Of a DNA stretch of 53,786 nt, positions 1 through 11,347 are shown one piece after another. The notes under the pieces are model-generated. The model saw only the letters and a list, made by a program, of their open reading frames with translations. It was not told the DNA's origin and made no database searches. The DNA lies in assembly GCF_001447785.1 (NCBI RefSeq), contig NW_015165855.1, forward strand, positions 678,338-732,123, given 5' to 3'. The position numbers and the translations under genes are program-made. This DNA is from Gekko japonicus (taxonomy: Eukaryota). Every line of letters starts with the position of its first letter. Within the stretch, counting starts at the first letter, position 1.

Positions 1-139
1 CAAAAGATCTTATTTTTTTCCGTAAGCAAAACGTACCTCCGTTCCCCTTCTTATGGCAGGACCCCACTCATTCTCTCAGTTATTTTGAGTATAGGAACAG
101 CAATGCTGCAATGACTTGGATAGCTCATTTCGTTCCTTA

Positions 140-180
140 TTGGTGAACAGCGACACCAAGGGGCTCAACCAAAAACAGCA
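140..180 (-). promoter_or_regulatory. Clustered-protocadherin CSE (CTCF site), gammaA-type; its exon lies off the left edge
   Basis: Minus strand TGCTGTTTTTGGTTGAGCCCCTTGGTGTCGCTGTTCACCAAT. CGCTG core at 148-152, and GGTGTCGCTGTTCACCAAT matches the four gammaA promoters. Confidence 0.85.
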
Positions 181-627
181 TCTGCTGATTTTGAAAAACT
201 GAAGGCATGTTTTCCAGAGGCTAAATTTTCAACTACATTTTGTCTGATATGCAAAAAAATTGTCTATATAAATAGAAAATATGGCTGAAAGTCTTATGTT
301 TACTCATCTTCCTTCTACGTGAGAAAGTCATTCATTAAGAGTTCTGGAGGCTATTTATTCTAGTCAAATACTCTTTGGTTTTTGTTTTTAAAATAAGTTT
401 ATTAGAATGTCCAACATAATAAAAGATTCCCCCCCCCTTTGTTGCCTATTAAATGTTGTTACTACAGTACTTTTAACATTAAATAACCACATGTATAAGA
501 AAGTATACCTGCGTACATAATAGTTGATATGTGTTTCAAAAATAAAATTCCAGAATGACTAACGTTGTTGAGGTGGCCAGGCTACACTTACTGTTTCCAT
601 AAGGAAAGGACTTCATGGTTTAAAGGA

Positions 628-935
628 TTTATTTGTTGTGTTTTTATCCTGCTGTCCCTCCAAGGAGCCCAGAGTGGTGCACGTGGAGTTCCCCTCCTCC
701 ATTTTTTTAATCCTCACAACAACCCTGCGAGGTAGGTGGTTTTTAACATGCGGGGGCAGCAGCAAGTGTAGTGACGGGGGAATAGCTGAGGCTATTTATT
801 AAATTATTTATAAACATTTGTACCCCACCTTCCCTTGTGGTTCATGGCAGCTTACAATAATAGTTTTATATTTATATTTATACATTCGATTTATTTACCG
901 CTCTGACCCCGAAGGGTCTCTGAGCGGTTAACAGG
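628..935 (-). mobile_element. Cluster of squamate SINE/L2 3'-end fragments
   Basis: tcctcacaacaaccctgcgaggtagg (CORE-like SINE body, also near 46740). Two L2-type tails at ~790-860 and ~865-935; the second is near-identical to 35745-35810. Confidence 0.55.
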
Positions 936-3900
936 TAGTTTCAAATACATTTTTCCCTAACTAAGGCCACATAGTATACAGGGGTGGGGCTGCCTACTGG
1001 CACCCAGGTGGCAGGGCTGTTGTTCTCCGGCTCCGGCATTCTTCCTCCAGGTGGTCTTCGGGGTTGGCATCCCATCTCCGGTGTCCAGGGGCAGGGGCAG
1101 GTCCTCCAGCTTTGGCGGTCTCTTCGGCGCGCGGTGTTTAAAAACACTTCCAGTTAAAACCAGAATAAAACAGCAGACCCCAGTATGTCATCCCATGTGT
1201 GAAATTAACTGTTCTCCACCATCAAACCTGCCCGAACTGTTCTGGTGCTGTTGCAGTGATCCCTACATGTGAGCAGAAAGTGAGCCAAACCAGCAAGGGA
1301 TCAAGAATCCATGTTTTATTCTTCTGTCTGTGTTCCACTGGATGATAGCAGAGCATTGCCAATAACTATTTTAGCAGTCAGAGATTATGTAGGTTTCCAC
1401 TCATTTTGGCTGCTGGCTACACCATTCTGTGTCCCTGTAAAGGGAGTGGGCGTTCGATGGGACAGAGAGGACTAGTCATATCGATGGCGCATAAATCCAC
1501 AGGAAAGTCCTGCACAGTGGATACGCCTGCTGCATGCTAAGCAGTGGCAGTGGCCGTTACAGAATTCCACAAAGCCACACTGGGGCTCACCTGCTGCCCC
1601 CCTCCAATGGCCCCAGGGCCCAAACTTCATTGGTTCGAGCAACTCAGAAATCAAACACTGTGGGTAATTAAACCAGATAATTTCCAAACCTTAAGTCACA
1701 AACTGGTCCTTTACTGCCATTAGAGAATCCAATGCAGTTTTAAATTAGAATTACCAGAGACATGCAAAAGAAAACAGTTTTCTGTTTCACACTACAAGCT
1801 ACACATTATACAGAGAGGACACAAGCCAGGCAGATTTCAGACTTCAGAAACTGGATGTAGGTCACTCTCGGGGGTAAACCACACGTGCAGTACAATAAGA
1901 TGGTAGAGTCCTGAGGTGACAGAATGCATGGTGGCATTTCAGATGGCTGGTGGGCTTCCTGCACATAAATATGTGTCAAAAAGACAAAAATTGAGGCTTG
2001 GACATTTCTCCCATTCTAATGAAGGGGAAATTACAGGGTCAAGAAAAGAAAGTTGGATCCACCGTACTTTCAGATACAAATGCCACTTCAGATTTTTATT
2101 ATGTTGGCTTCCGAACACTCTACAGATAGAGGTGATTAATGTCTTATTCCCATTCATAAAAGGAGGTGAGGGTAAAGAAGAGATTTGCCTGAAGACAGTC
2201 TGTCCAATGCAACACAGCTCCCTGCACTACCAATGTTCATAAAGAGTTTTGGCAGCTATATCTTCTCAAGAGCAGAGTTTGGCAGATCAGCCAGTGGGAG
2301 AGAGTGCTCTGCCGAAATGTGCTCTTCTGCACAGCTATGGAAGGCCTAATGAAGGCTCTGTATCACGATTGTCACGTTCCTGAATTTCATCCATTTGTCT
2401 GCTGAGGTAAGAAGAACACGAATATCTCGGACTCAGGATTGTTGCGTTAATTATCAATAGTCTGCTGCCCTGGAGAGCCACTGGTGGCCAGGAACAAGCC
2501 ACAAAGGCTAATCGGCGGGACTTGGCCCGCAGTGCAAGAGGTGGCAGCAAGTGACTCTACATCCATCATCATCATCACTGCCTCTGACTGGATCTGAACT
2601 GAGCAGCCTCGGCTGTAATTGCTCTCCTCAGCTCATTCCTGAGCCATAAAGGCCCAGTCCATCCTCTGCTTATAGCCAGTAGTACAATCCTATTCAAAGA
2701 TCCCATTTATGTCAATGGGCTAAGACAAGGGTAACTCAGCACAGGATTGTTTTGCAATATATTCAGTCCTTGGCCGTTCTTTTATTAGCTCCTAAAAGGC
2801 AGACTATCAAAATAACCACATGATTCAGTTGCCAACCAAAATGAGATGTCTGCCACTTAAAACACACCTCCCAGGTACATTTTATGCTTGCCAGACTGGC
2901 CCTCTGTGGCAGCAGGCATCAACATCAGCTCAGGGCAGCTTGGCCATCAACATCTGTGCACCAACACCATGCAGACTCTGCAGTGATGTCTCACACCATC
3001 TACCAATAAGGACATCACCCTACTCTTGTCGCAGCTGCTGATCAGCAACCATGGCCACTGCCCTGGTTGCATCAGCTGAATTAAAGGCACAAAGATTCTA
3101 GTGCACAGGCAAGCCTTGCTATTTATAACGAAACTAAAGAGAACCTACAATTTATGCCCTGTAAAGATTATGAAATACACTGATAGTTTATCTGTGTCTT
3201 TGCTAATACCAATGACAACAAGCCATTAGCAAAAATTGTCTTGTTTTTGCAAAAATTGCTTCATTTTACAAGCACAGGATCCAATCTCTCCTTATATATA
3301 ATTGAATAGTGGGTGCCAAAGTTCTAATTCTAAAATGCACTCCCTTAGTGTATGGCTGATGGCACTGCTCCTCAGCATATATCGCCACCAATCAGAAGGC
3401 AAAGCCCGGGTCCCGCCCACACCACAACTGCTGCGACAACCTGGTCTTTTGCATATGGAAGCTGATTGGACTTCACTCCATTCCACACCTCAAACTCCCC
3501 CCCCCCGCAAGGCAGTTGGAATGTCAGTTGCATATGGAATCTGCTGTATTCTGGTGGTGTGCAGGTCCCAGATTCATGTTTTAAAAGCAGACTGACACTG
3601 TTTGCCCAAAGCCAGAGCACTCTCCCAGAGCCTCTTTCTAGATCCCGTTGTATTTATTTCCACAACGGGCCTTATTTCTAGTGTAAGTACAAAACAGAGG
3701 TTATAATATTCTAGACAAAACCTAATGATCAACAGCACATTAAAACCATCTGCCACAAAATCACACACAGAGACATACTTGATTGTTTTTACTATCTTGA
3801 TATCTCCAAACTTGAGTTGATACTTCAATGCTCAGTTGTTCCAAAAATCCATTTGTTCTGCCTGTTAAACAGAACTGTGTTCACACCCATTTGAATGCTG

Positions 3901-4329
3901 GCCTTCTAATGGTGAACTACAACAATTTACAGTGCAACAGAGATTAAAGAATTTGCACATTTTCGGACCAACCCTAGTGAATTAATTTATAACACACTGA
4001 CAGGGCAATTCTAGTACTCACATCATTCCTCAGTAGAAAAATGATGAAGAGCCCTCAACAGATTACTTTAAAATCTTTACTTTGAACTGTTTTAGTTTTT
4101 ATTTTGTCTATGATAGATTTTAGCAATTTATCATTCTATTATCATCTTCCTGGTGGACTTTTTTGTATTTCTACACAACTTCACTTTACTAGATGGCCAG
4201 AATCAAATGAAAGTAGTTAGATGATTTAATCGGAAAGTAATCAGAAAGAAATTAGATGACTGCCTCTGACAATGTGCCTATAATTACCAAGGTGTAAGGT
4301 ATGTTAGTGATTCAAAACACAGAGCTTAC

Positions 4330-6786
4330 CTTCTCCACATTCTCTGAATCATCTTCTAAATGGTTTTCTCCATTCAGCATCAGGGAAATGTCAGATTTTA
4401 CATTACAGAGGATATTCTCTGCTATTTGGACAGTGGGCTGCAGGAAAGTTAACTCATTTCTCCTGGATTCAGAAGACAGGCAGACCTGGTATGAATATGG
4501 CAAAGTTCCATCCTCATAATTGGGAGGAAAAATGGCACCAGTCTTCGCATCAGGAATAAAGCATTGAAGAAAGGTTGGATTCTTTGACTGTCGAAGTTTC
4601 ATCATAATGGTCAGTGTTACTGTCACAAGGAATAGAAACGACACCAAGGCCAAGGCCAGAACCAAATAAAACTGGAGATCAGACTGATAGTCTGAATCAC
4701 TGGGTTGAGTGTCCATTTCTGGAAGCGCCTCCTGGAAGTTCTCAGCAAAGACGAGGTTCAGAGTCACGGTTGCTGAGAGAGGAGACTGTCCGTTATCCTT
4801 CACCATAATGACCAGCCTCTGCTTCACAGCTTCCCTCTCCAGTAATGCTCGGGCTGTTTTGATCTCTCCTGTGTGGGACCCAATGGTGAAAAGAGAGGGC
4901 TCAGTGGCCTGCAGCAGGTGGAAAGAGAGCCAGGCATTGTGTCCAGAGTCAGCATCCACTGCCACCACTTTCGTCACCAGATAACCAGATTCAGCTGACC
5001 AAGGCACCATCTCAAACAAAGATGAACTTTCAGTCCCTTGGGAAGGATAGAGGATTTGTGGAATGTTATCATTCTGATCCAGAATACATACTCTCACCGT
5101 GGTACTGCTATTGAGGGAGGGGGAGCCTCCATCTTGGGCCTGCACTTGAATCTGGAACTCCCTGAATTGCTCATAGTCAAAGGAGCGCTGTGCATAAATA
5201 GTGCCAGTCTCAGAATTAATAGAGAGGTAGGAGGAGAGAGGCAGGGCCTCAATGTTGCTCTTGAGGATGGAGTAAGTGATTCGTGCATTGCTATCAACAT
5301 CTGGGTCAGAGGCCTTGACCCTGAAAATGGAGGATCCGGATGGGTTGTTTTCTGGCACATAGGCGGTATAGGAAGACTTTTCGAAGGCTGGAGGGTTATC
5401 ATTGATATCTGAGATCTGTAGAGAGATGGTTTTGTATGTGGAGAGAGATGGGATTCCCTTGTCTGTGGCTATGATTGTAATGTTATACTCTGGAATCTTT
5501 TCTCTGTCAAGATAGCTATCTGTGAGGACCTTGAAGTAATTATCTGAAGATGGAAGTATCTGGAAAGGTACAACGTCTCTCAGCTGACCAGTGACTTCCC
5601 CATTGTTCCCAGAATCCTTGTCATGAACTTTCAGCAAAACAACAACCGTTCCAGGCATGCAATCTTCAGGAATTGGAGTGGATACAGAAGTAAGAACTAC
5701 TTCTGGAGGATTGTCATTCACATCTAAAACCTCAATCTCCACTTTACAATGTGTCACTAAACCACCCCCATCACTTGCCTGTATTATCATCACATAACTT
5801 TGTTTTTCTTCATAATCGATCATCTCCTTAACTGTGATTGTTCCATCTTGGGGATCCAGGATGAATTTCTGCCTGGCACTTTCTGGGATTTTGTGGAAAG
5901 AATAAATAATCTCAGCATTCGATCCTTCATCACTGTCAGATGCTTTTACTTGCAGCACAGAAGTTCCTCTGGGTGCATTCTCCTTTAAGCTTACCTTATA
6001 CACTGCCTGGCTAAAAATCGGCATATTATCATTAGCATCTATTACCGTTACCAGCATGTTAGTGGTCCCAGTTTTCACTGGTTCTCCCCCATCCAGAGCT
6101 GTAAGGACCAAGTGTAGTGTGTGTTCTTTTTCCCTGTCCAGCTGTTTCAGCAATATTAAGTCTGCATATTTATCACCGTCTTCACTCTCTTTAACATCTA
6201 GTTTGAAATAAGGAGTTGAACTCAACTGGTAATTCTGGAGGGAGTTCATCCCAATGTCTTCATCTTCAGCGTTTCCAAGGGAAAACCGAGTTCCAGGCAA
6301 GTTTGATTCACTCACTTTGAGTCTGATATTATCCTCTTGGAAATGAGGAGCGTTATCATTGATGTCTTTGATAAAAACTTGGATGTGAATTACATTCAAA
6401 GGATTATGCACAACAGCTTCTAATTTTAGGACACAAGAGAGCGATTCCCCACAAATTTCTTCCCGGTCTATCCTGGCATTCACATACAGGTTGCCATTCT
6501 GTTCATTAAGAGTGAAATACTGCTTTTCTGAAGAAATACCAAGCTTGCGTTTTGATAACTCTCTTGCATCCAATCCCAAATCTTTGGCAAGATTTCCTAC
6601 AAAAGATCCCTCTTCTGTTTCCTCCAGAACTGAATACTGAACCTGCTCAGACCTCACCCAACAGAACAAAGACAAGAATATGAGCAAAAATAGTGCCTTC
6701 CTCTGGATCTCCTTTGTCCTATCTTCATTTCTCACCACTCTCATCAGAGCTGCCTTTCTAGATTCTAGCATTTGCAAACATTCCAT
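4330..6786 (-). CDS. PCDHGB: Protocadherin gamma-B variable exon (819 codons), spliced to constant exons outside the window
   Basis: Within ORF 4312..6987. Six cadherin repeats (DxNDNxP, LDRE, DYE), EC6 [21 protein letters not shown], gammaB-type tail [13 protein letters not shown]. First ATG at 6786 (gggATGG); a downstream Met is an alternative start. Donor AAG|GTAAGC at 4330/4329. Paralogue number cannot be assigned. Confidence 0.93.
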
Positions 6787-6970
6787 CCCTTTGCAGTAAG
6801 ATATTTGAAATGTCGTTCTCTTTACCTGATCGCCCCTGAGACATGAAGAGGATTTCAGTTCTGGAGGAACTTTAAAAATAAAACGGCCTCCTTCATCTCT
6901 CATCTTCTGTATAATAGATGGATAATACTGTGCAGGAGCCTCAGCTGCTGATACAATATTATTCCCAACT

Positions 6971-7010
6971 TTGTCCAACAGCGACACTTTGAGTTCATCA
7001 GGAGAACAGC
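6971..7010 (-). promoter_or_regulatory. CSE/CTCF promoter element, gammaB-type
   Basis: Minus strand GCTGTTCTCCTGATGAACTCAAAGTGTCGCTGTTGGACAA. Core at 6979-6983, about 195 bp upstream of the ATG. Confidence 0.88.
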
Positions 7011-7254
7011 ACTTCCCTGCTTTTTCTTCTCAATCTGTTTGACATATATTGCCCCACATGGACAAGTTTTCAAGATGTAGATTCCCTAATGCCTATTCAT
7101 GGTTGCAATAAAACAGATCTACAGGCTTATTTTCCTCTGTACATTTTCATTCTATTTTAAAACACTCTGCTAGTGTATTTGGTTGCAATGCACACAGTGA
7201 ACAGCCTGAAGTTTTCAAATGCCATTCCAACGAATGGTGTTTCTAATAGGAATA

Positions 7255-7630
7255 CTTTTTTATTTTATTCATTTAAAACATTTCTGTGCTGGCTTTCCAC
7301 AGAAATAAGAGTCCCCCAGGTGGTGAGCATCAAAATATCAAAACATTTCAACATTAAAACATTTAAAATCAAGTGTATATATAAAATAACTCAATAAATA
7401 CACACAAAACCAGAGAGGACTGCCAGTAACAGTTATTGAGGGTATGTCGAACAAAACAAAAAGGCCTTCGCCCGTTGGCAGAAGTCAATAATAGAGGCAG
7501 ACAGATGAATCTCCCTGGGAAGGGAGTTCCAAAGTTTTGGTGCCACAACCAAGAAGGCCCTTTCTCAGGTTGCTACCGGTCTAGACTCAGGTGGCAGGGA
7601 CACCCAAAGCAGAGCCTCCAAAGTTGACAG
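7255..7630 (-). mobile_element. L2 LINE 3' fragment (degenerate)
   Basis: TTTA-rich tail plus tccctgggaagggagttccaaag...aaggcc, typical of the squamate L2 ORF2 end. Absent at the paralogous positions near 25180 and 40500. Confidence 0.55.
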
Positions 7631-8779
7631 TGAATATATCGTGCAAGGAGAGAAAATTAAAATTAATATACTCAGAACACAGGTACATGTGCAGAAATAC
7701 GGCTTGTGAGACTTGCAGTTTCATGAATGATTTTTGAACTGATATATTTATCGGAATAAAAGTTTATACTATTAAAGAATATTATTTTTCAAAAAGATTT
7801 GGGATTTAAAGGAAGTCATTGTGGCAGAGACCCTTTGAGATTCCTGCAGTGTGAGAAATTGAGTCAAGGAGAGCGGGCCGTTCTTCCATCCTGTTCACTC
7901 CCAAGCACACGGTACAAATGTTCATCTACAGCTTTATACCACATGACCTGCTGTGCAATCATAAATGAAGAAGTTAGCAGTTGAGTGCAATGGAACATTT
8001 CCTATTAAATATATATGGTATTGTAGCATAATGTTCTCTGTTTTATAACTTTTATTTGTTATGTAGTTTTGGAAGCTGGCTAATTCTAAAAATAAAAATT
8101 TCAATTGTCACCTCTATGTATATTGATCTGCTTTTTAGCCAAACAAAGAAACAAACAAACAAACCCTGAAGTAAGTTCTTATAATTCTGAAATGGTGAAT
8201 AGTTTTATTTTTTAAAAACATGAAGTTTAAAGTCCTGATGAGGGATAGGAAAAGTTTTGCTAAATTTCATGAGTAGAAGATGAGGCCTAAGGGAGAGAAA
8301 TATATATATATTCTTTAAGATCCAGTCCACCAACTCTTAACTTTTAAGGACAGGGAAGAAAAGTCCCAGTACTCTATTCTAAAACACAGAAGAAGACTGT
8401 CAGTATAAATAGGGTTGAAAATATCCTGTTGGGGATACTCAGTGGTTAGGTTTTGCTTTACCATTCAAGGTGTAACCCACCCCAAACTTTCATAAAATAA
8501 TTTCCCATTCCATTTGTTTGATTGCATATATGTTTAACATGTTTAGAACCAGCTTCTACAGAAAAATATCCACATCTTATAATACACTTAAAAATGATAG
8601 AAGCACACACAGATAAAAAAAGTACAGGGAACAAGAAGCCAAATACATTAAATAGAAATTAAACTATTTAAAAGTGCGTGATTAAGACATACAAATAATA
8701 ACACAAGAAGCAGAATCCTAAGAATATAAAAACAAGAATATAAAAACAGGAAGCACCATGTAGAGGGTGTAATTAAAGA

Positions 8780-10155
8780 CAGGACTGGGAAAATAGCTAA
8801 AAAACCTGCAGTTGTTGTTTGGTGATCATCTGCCGATAAGGAGTTCCACAGAAAAAAAGGCCCATTCTGATACCCATCTTTTTTCACTTTTCCACTGGGG
8901 GTGCTAAGAATAGGGCCCCTGCGCATGCATGTAAGTGGTGGGCAGGTTCATGTGGAAGAAGATCCACAGGTCCTGTACCATGTAGAGTTATATAGATAAT
9001 AACCAGTATAAAGAAAATCAACACTGAGTTAAAAAAAAATCTTTCCATATTGATAAGATGTACTTCCTGTGACTGACTCTTGCTGGTATCCATGCCTGCC
9101 ACATTTTGAACAAGCTGAGTTTTCTGCACAGTCTTCAAAGTGCAGCCTGCCCTGGTCCCAGGGTCCCGGGATGTAACATACACCCCTCAGGGATCCCAAC
9201 GACCACCAACTCACCCAGGAGACCCACAGACCAGGAACGCCTAGCAACGCCGGACCCCGTCAGTGCCACCGGGGCACAACAACCTGGGCCAGCCCGATCG
9301 TGGAGCGAAGAGCCTTGAGGAGCAGCTGGAAAGGCTAACGGTGTCCGGGAGAAGCTGATGACGAACACGTGAACACACGAGACCCCGCATGCCAGCGGCG
9401 CAGCCCCAGGCCAACAGGACCGCTGCCGGCATAGCTCCGACCACACCCAGGCTGTAGGGACGGCATCAGAGCTTATCATAGGGGGTGGGGCTGGGAGGAA
9501 TCACAGGAAGGCGGGGCCAGGAGATGGTGCTGGGAGAGGGAGCTGGGTATAAAGGAGAGGGGAGCGAAGGGGCAGGTGAAGGAAGGATGTGCTCGGAACT
9601 ACCTGATGCTGGCAGAGAGAGAAAGAGTCCAGGGAGGATGCTGAGAAGCTGGGAGGCTGATGCACGAAGGTAGAGGGATCTACGGAGTGCCATTAAACTC
9701 CATCCCTTACCCATCTGAGGCCCCAACGCTCCCCCCTATTCTTTAACAGGCATCAACTTCCAGAGTCTTCGGACCTCCCCCGCCTTGGGATGCCACGGTC
9801 ACGGGAGGTGCTGCACTCGGAGCCCAGGGCGGGCTTGACACAGCCCCAAGCAAATTGCGCTGTAGTAGTCAGTATAATCAAAGCATGGAAACAGGGCGAA
9901 TCACACCTCTCAAGGAAGGGTCACAACTTCCATGCCATGCGAAGCTGGCTAATGGTGCTACAAGCTAGAAAGAAGATCTGTGCTTCAATCTGTAGCAACA
10001 CTTGGCGCTGCAAACCTACTTCTGGAGGGAAAAGTGGACCCTTGTCCAATACAGGCTCACTCTGAAGATCCCTGTAGGCTTCGCTATCAACTAACAGTAC
10101 ATCAGTCTTATCTGGATTGAGTTTCATTTCACTGGCCCTCATCCAGCCCATGATG
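8780..10155 (-). mobile_element. Old L2 LINE ORF2 fragment interrupted by a solo LTR
   Basis: Minus-strand peptides WMRASEMKLNPDKT and LKTVQKTQLVQNVA match L2 RT motifs. Homologous copies at ~26290-27320 and ~40930-42095. Confidence 0.75.
9148..9840 (+). mobile_element. Solo LTR (693 bp), CpG-rich
   Basis: TG...CA termini, 5-bp TSD CAGCC (9143-9147 and 9841-9845), TATAAA at 9548-9553, ATTAAA at 9692-9697. The L2 sequence resumes on both sides. Confidence 0.75.
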
Positions 10156-10419
10156 CTTCTCTGTGTTCAACTACTTTGCTCTTGATTACATTTTCTCTGG
10201 AATTAGGGGCCATGGTGAAGAGCATTTTGTTCTGGACCATGCCTTGATTTCACAGGTTGTGACCCTTTCCCTAGTCCTACAGCTGAACTTCTGTGGTTGG
10301 AATGATCACAGCATGATTTCCCCAACTGCTCCTTGGCTTCTGCATTGGTGTCACTAATTAAGAAGCTGACCACCCTAAACCTCATGCTACATTCTGCTAC
10401 ATTCTCTTCCAACATAGTT

Positions 10420-10852
10420 AATAATAATAAGGAGGGTTTTATTGTATTTAGCCATAGGCCATTACAATCCAAAAACAGAGAAAAATACTATAAAACATAG
10501 ATAATTATATAAAATAGAGTACAGTCGAAAATATTATAAAACCATAAAACCGAAGTTATGAACGGCTAATTAAATCACAGCATACCCACTAAGATAAATA
10601 TTAACTAGTACCCCTGGCAACAACGTTGGCCCATATTTTCTTTGCAGCCAAGGCAAATAGAGCCATACTATAGGATACATTAACATTGGAATCAGCTAAC
10701 AAAAATACAATCTTCACAGGGTCTGAATAAAAGCTTAAAACAGATAAAATACCAGAGAGAAATTTTAGTCTAGGTTGGATATACAATGAGCAATCAAGGA
10801 TGTAATGGGAAAGATCCTCAATAACGGGAGAGCCACGAATACATAAGCGCTG
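10420..10852 (-). mobile_element. 5'-truncated non-LTR retrotransposon 3' end (RTE-X-like)
   Basis: 15-bp TSD TCTTCCAACATAGTT (10405-10419 and 10853-10867). C-terminal zinc-knuckle remnant RLCIRGSPVIEDLSHYILDCSLY, then AATAAA and a (TTA)n tail. Empty site at ~42360-42372. Clade assignment tentative. Confidence 0.8.
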
Positions 10853-11347
10853 TCTTCCAACATAGTTTGTCTGAAGTATAAGCTAAAATACACAGCACAT
10901 AAAACAGATACATTCAACCACATCTGGAAAATATTAAGACTTGGTGTGACCAAGTAAAGAATCAGAAGTGCTTGATTTGAATCTTGCCTTCATAAAGGTT
11001 TTGTTTACAAGTCATATTTGCAGTATGAAGAGAGGACTGAATAGCCTCATATATGTGCAGTTGTTGGGATGCCATTCCTCCTATCGAATGGCTACAAAGA
11101 GGCATATATAACATCATTTCTTCCAGAAAACTGCCAATGATATAAATAAATACACATTCTAAAATAATAAGTTTCAATTATGAATCTCCAAAACTAAATC
11201 AAAGAAACCAAATGAGTGCTCTATGAATAAGAACAGAAATAACGAGACACCTCATTGCTCTTCAGAATAACTCACAGAATGGTCCATTTGGAAAGCCCAG
11301 CCAAGAACAGATATAATAATACAATAAACTTGCATTCATCAACTCAC

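Noticed and set aside
4709-4984. Identical 91-aa plus-strand ORF in three places (also 22648 and 37948), and the analogous 82-aa ORFs opposite gammaA EC6
   Set aside because: Antisense shadows of the homogenised EC6 coding sequence, with non-ATG starts and no independent evidence of coding.
6787-6987. N-terminal extensions of the ORF-track proteins (also 13736-13909, 30511-30558, 50921-51124)
   Set aside because: They begin at GTG/TTG codons in the 5' UTR or promoter, two of them within the CSE, and are not conserved in frame among paralogues.
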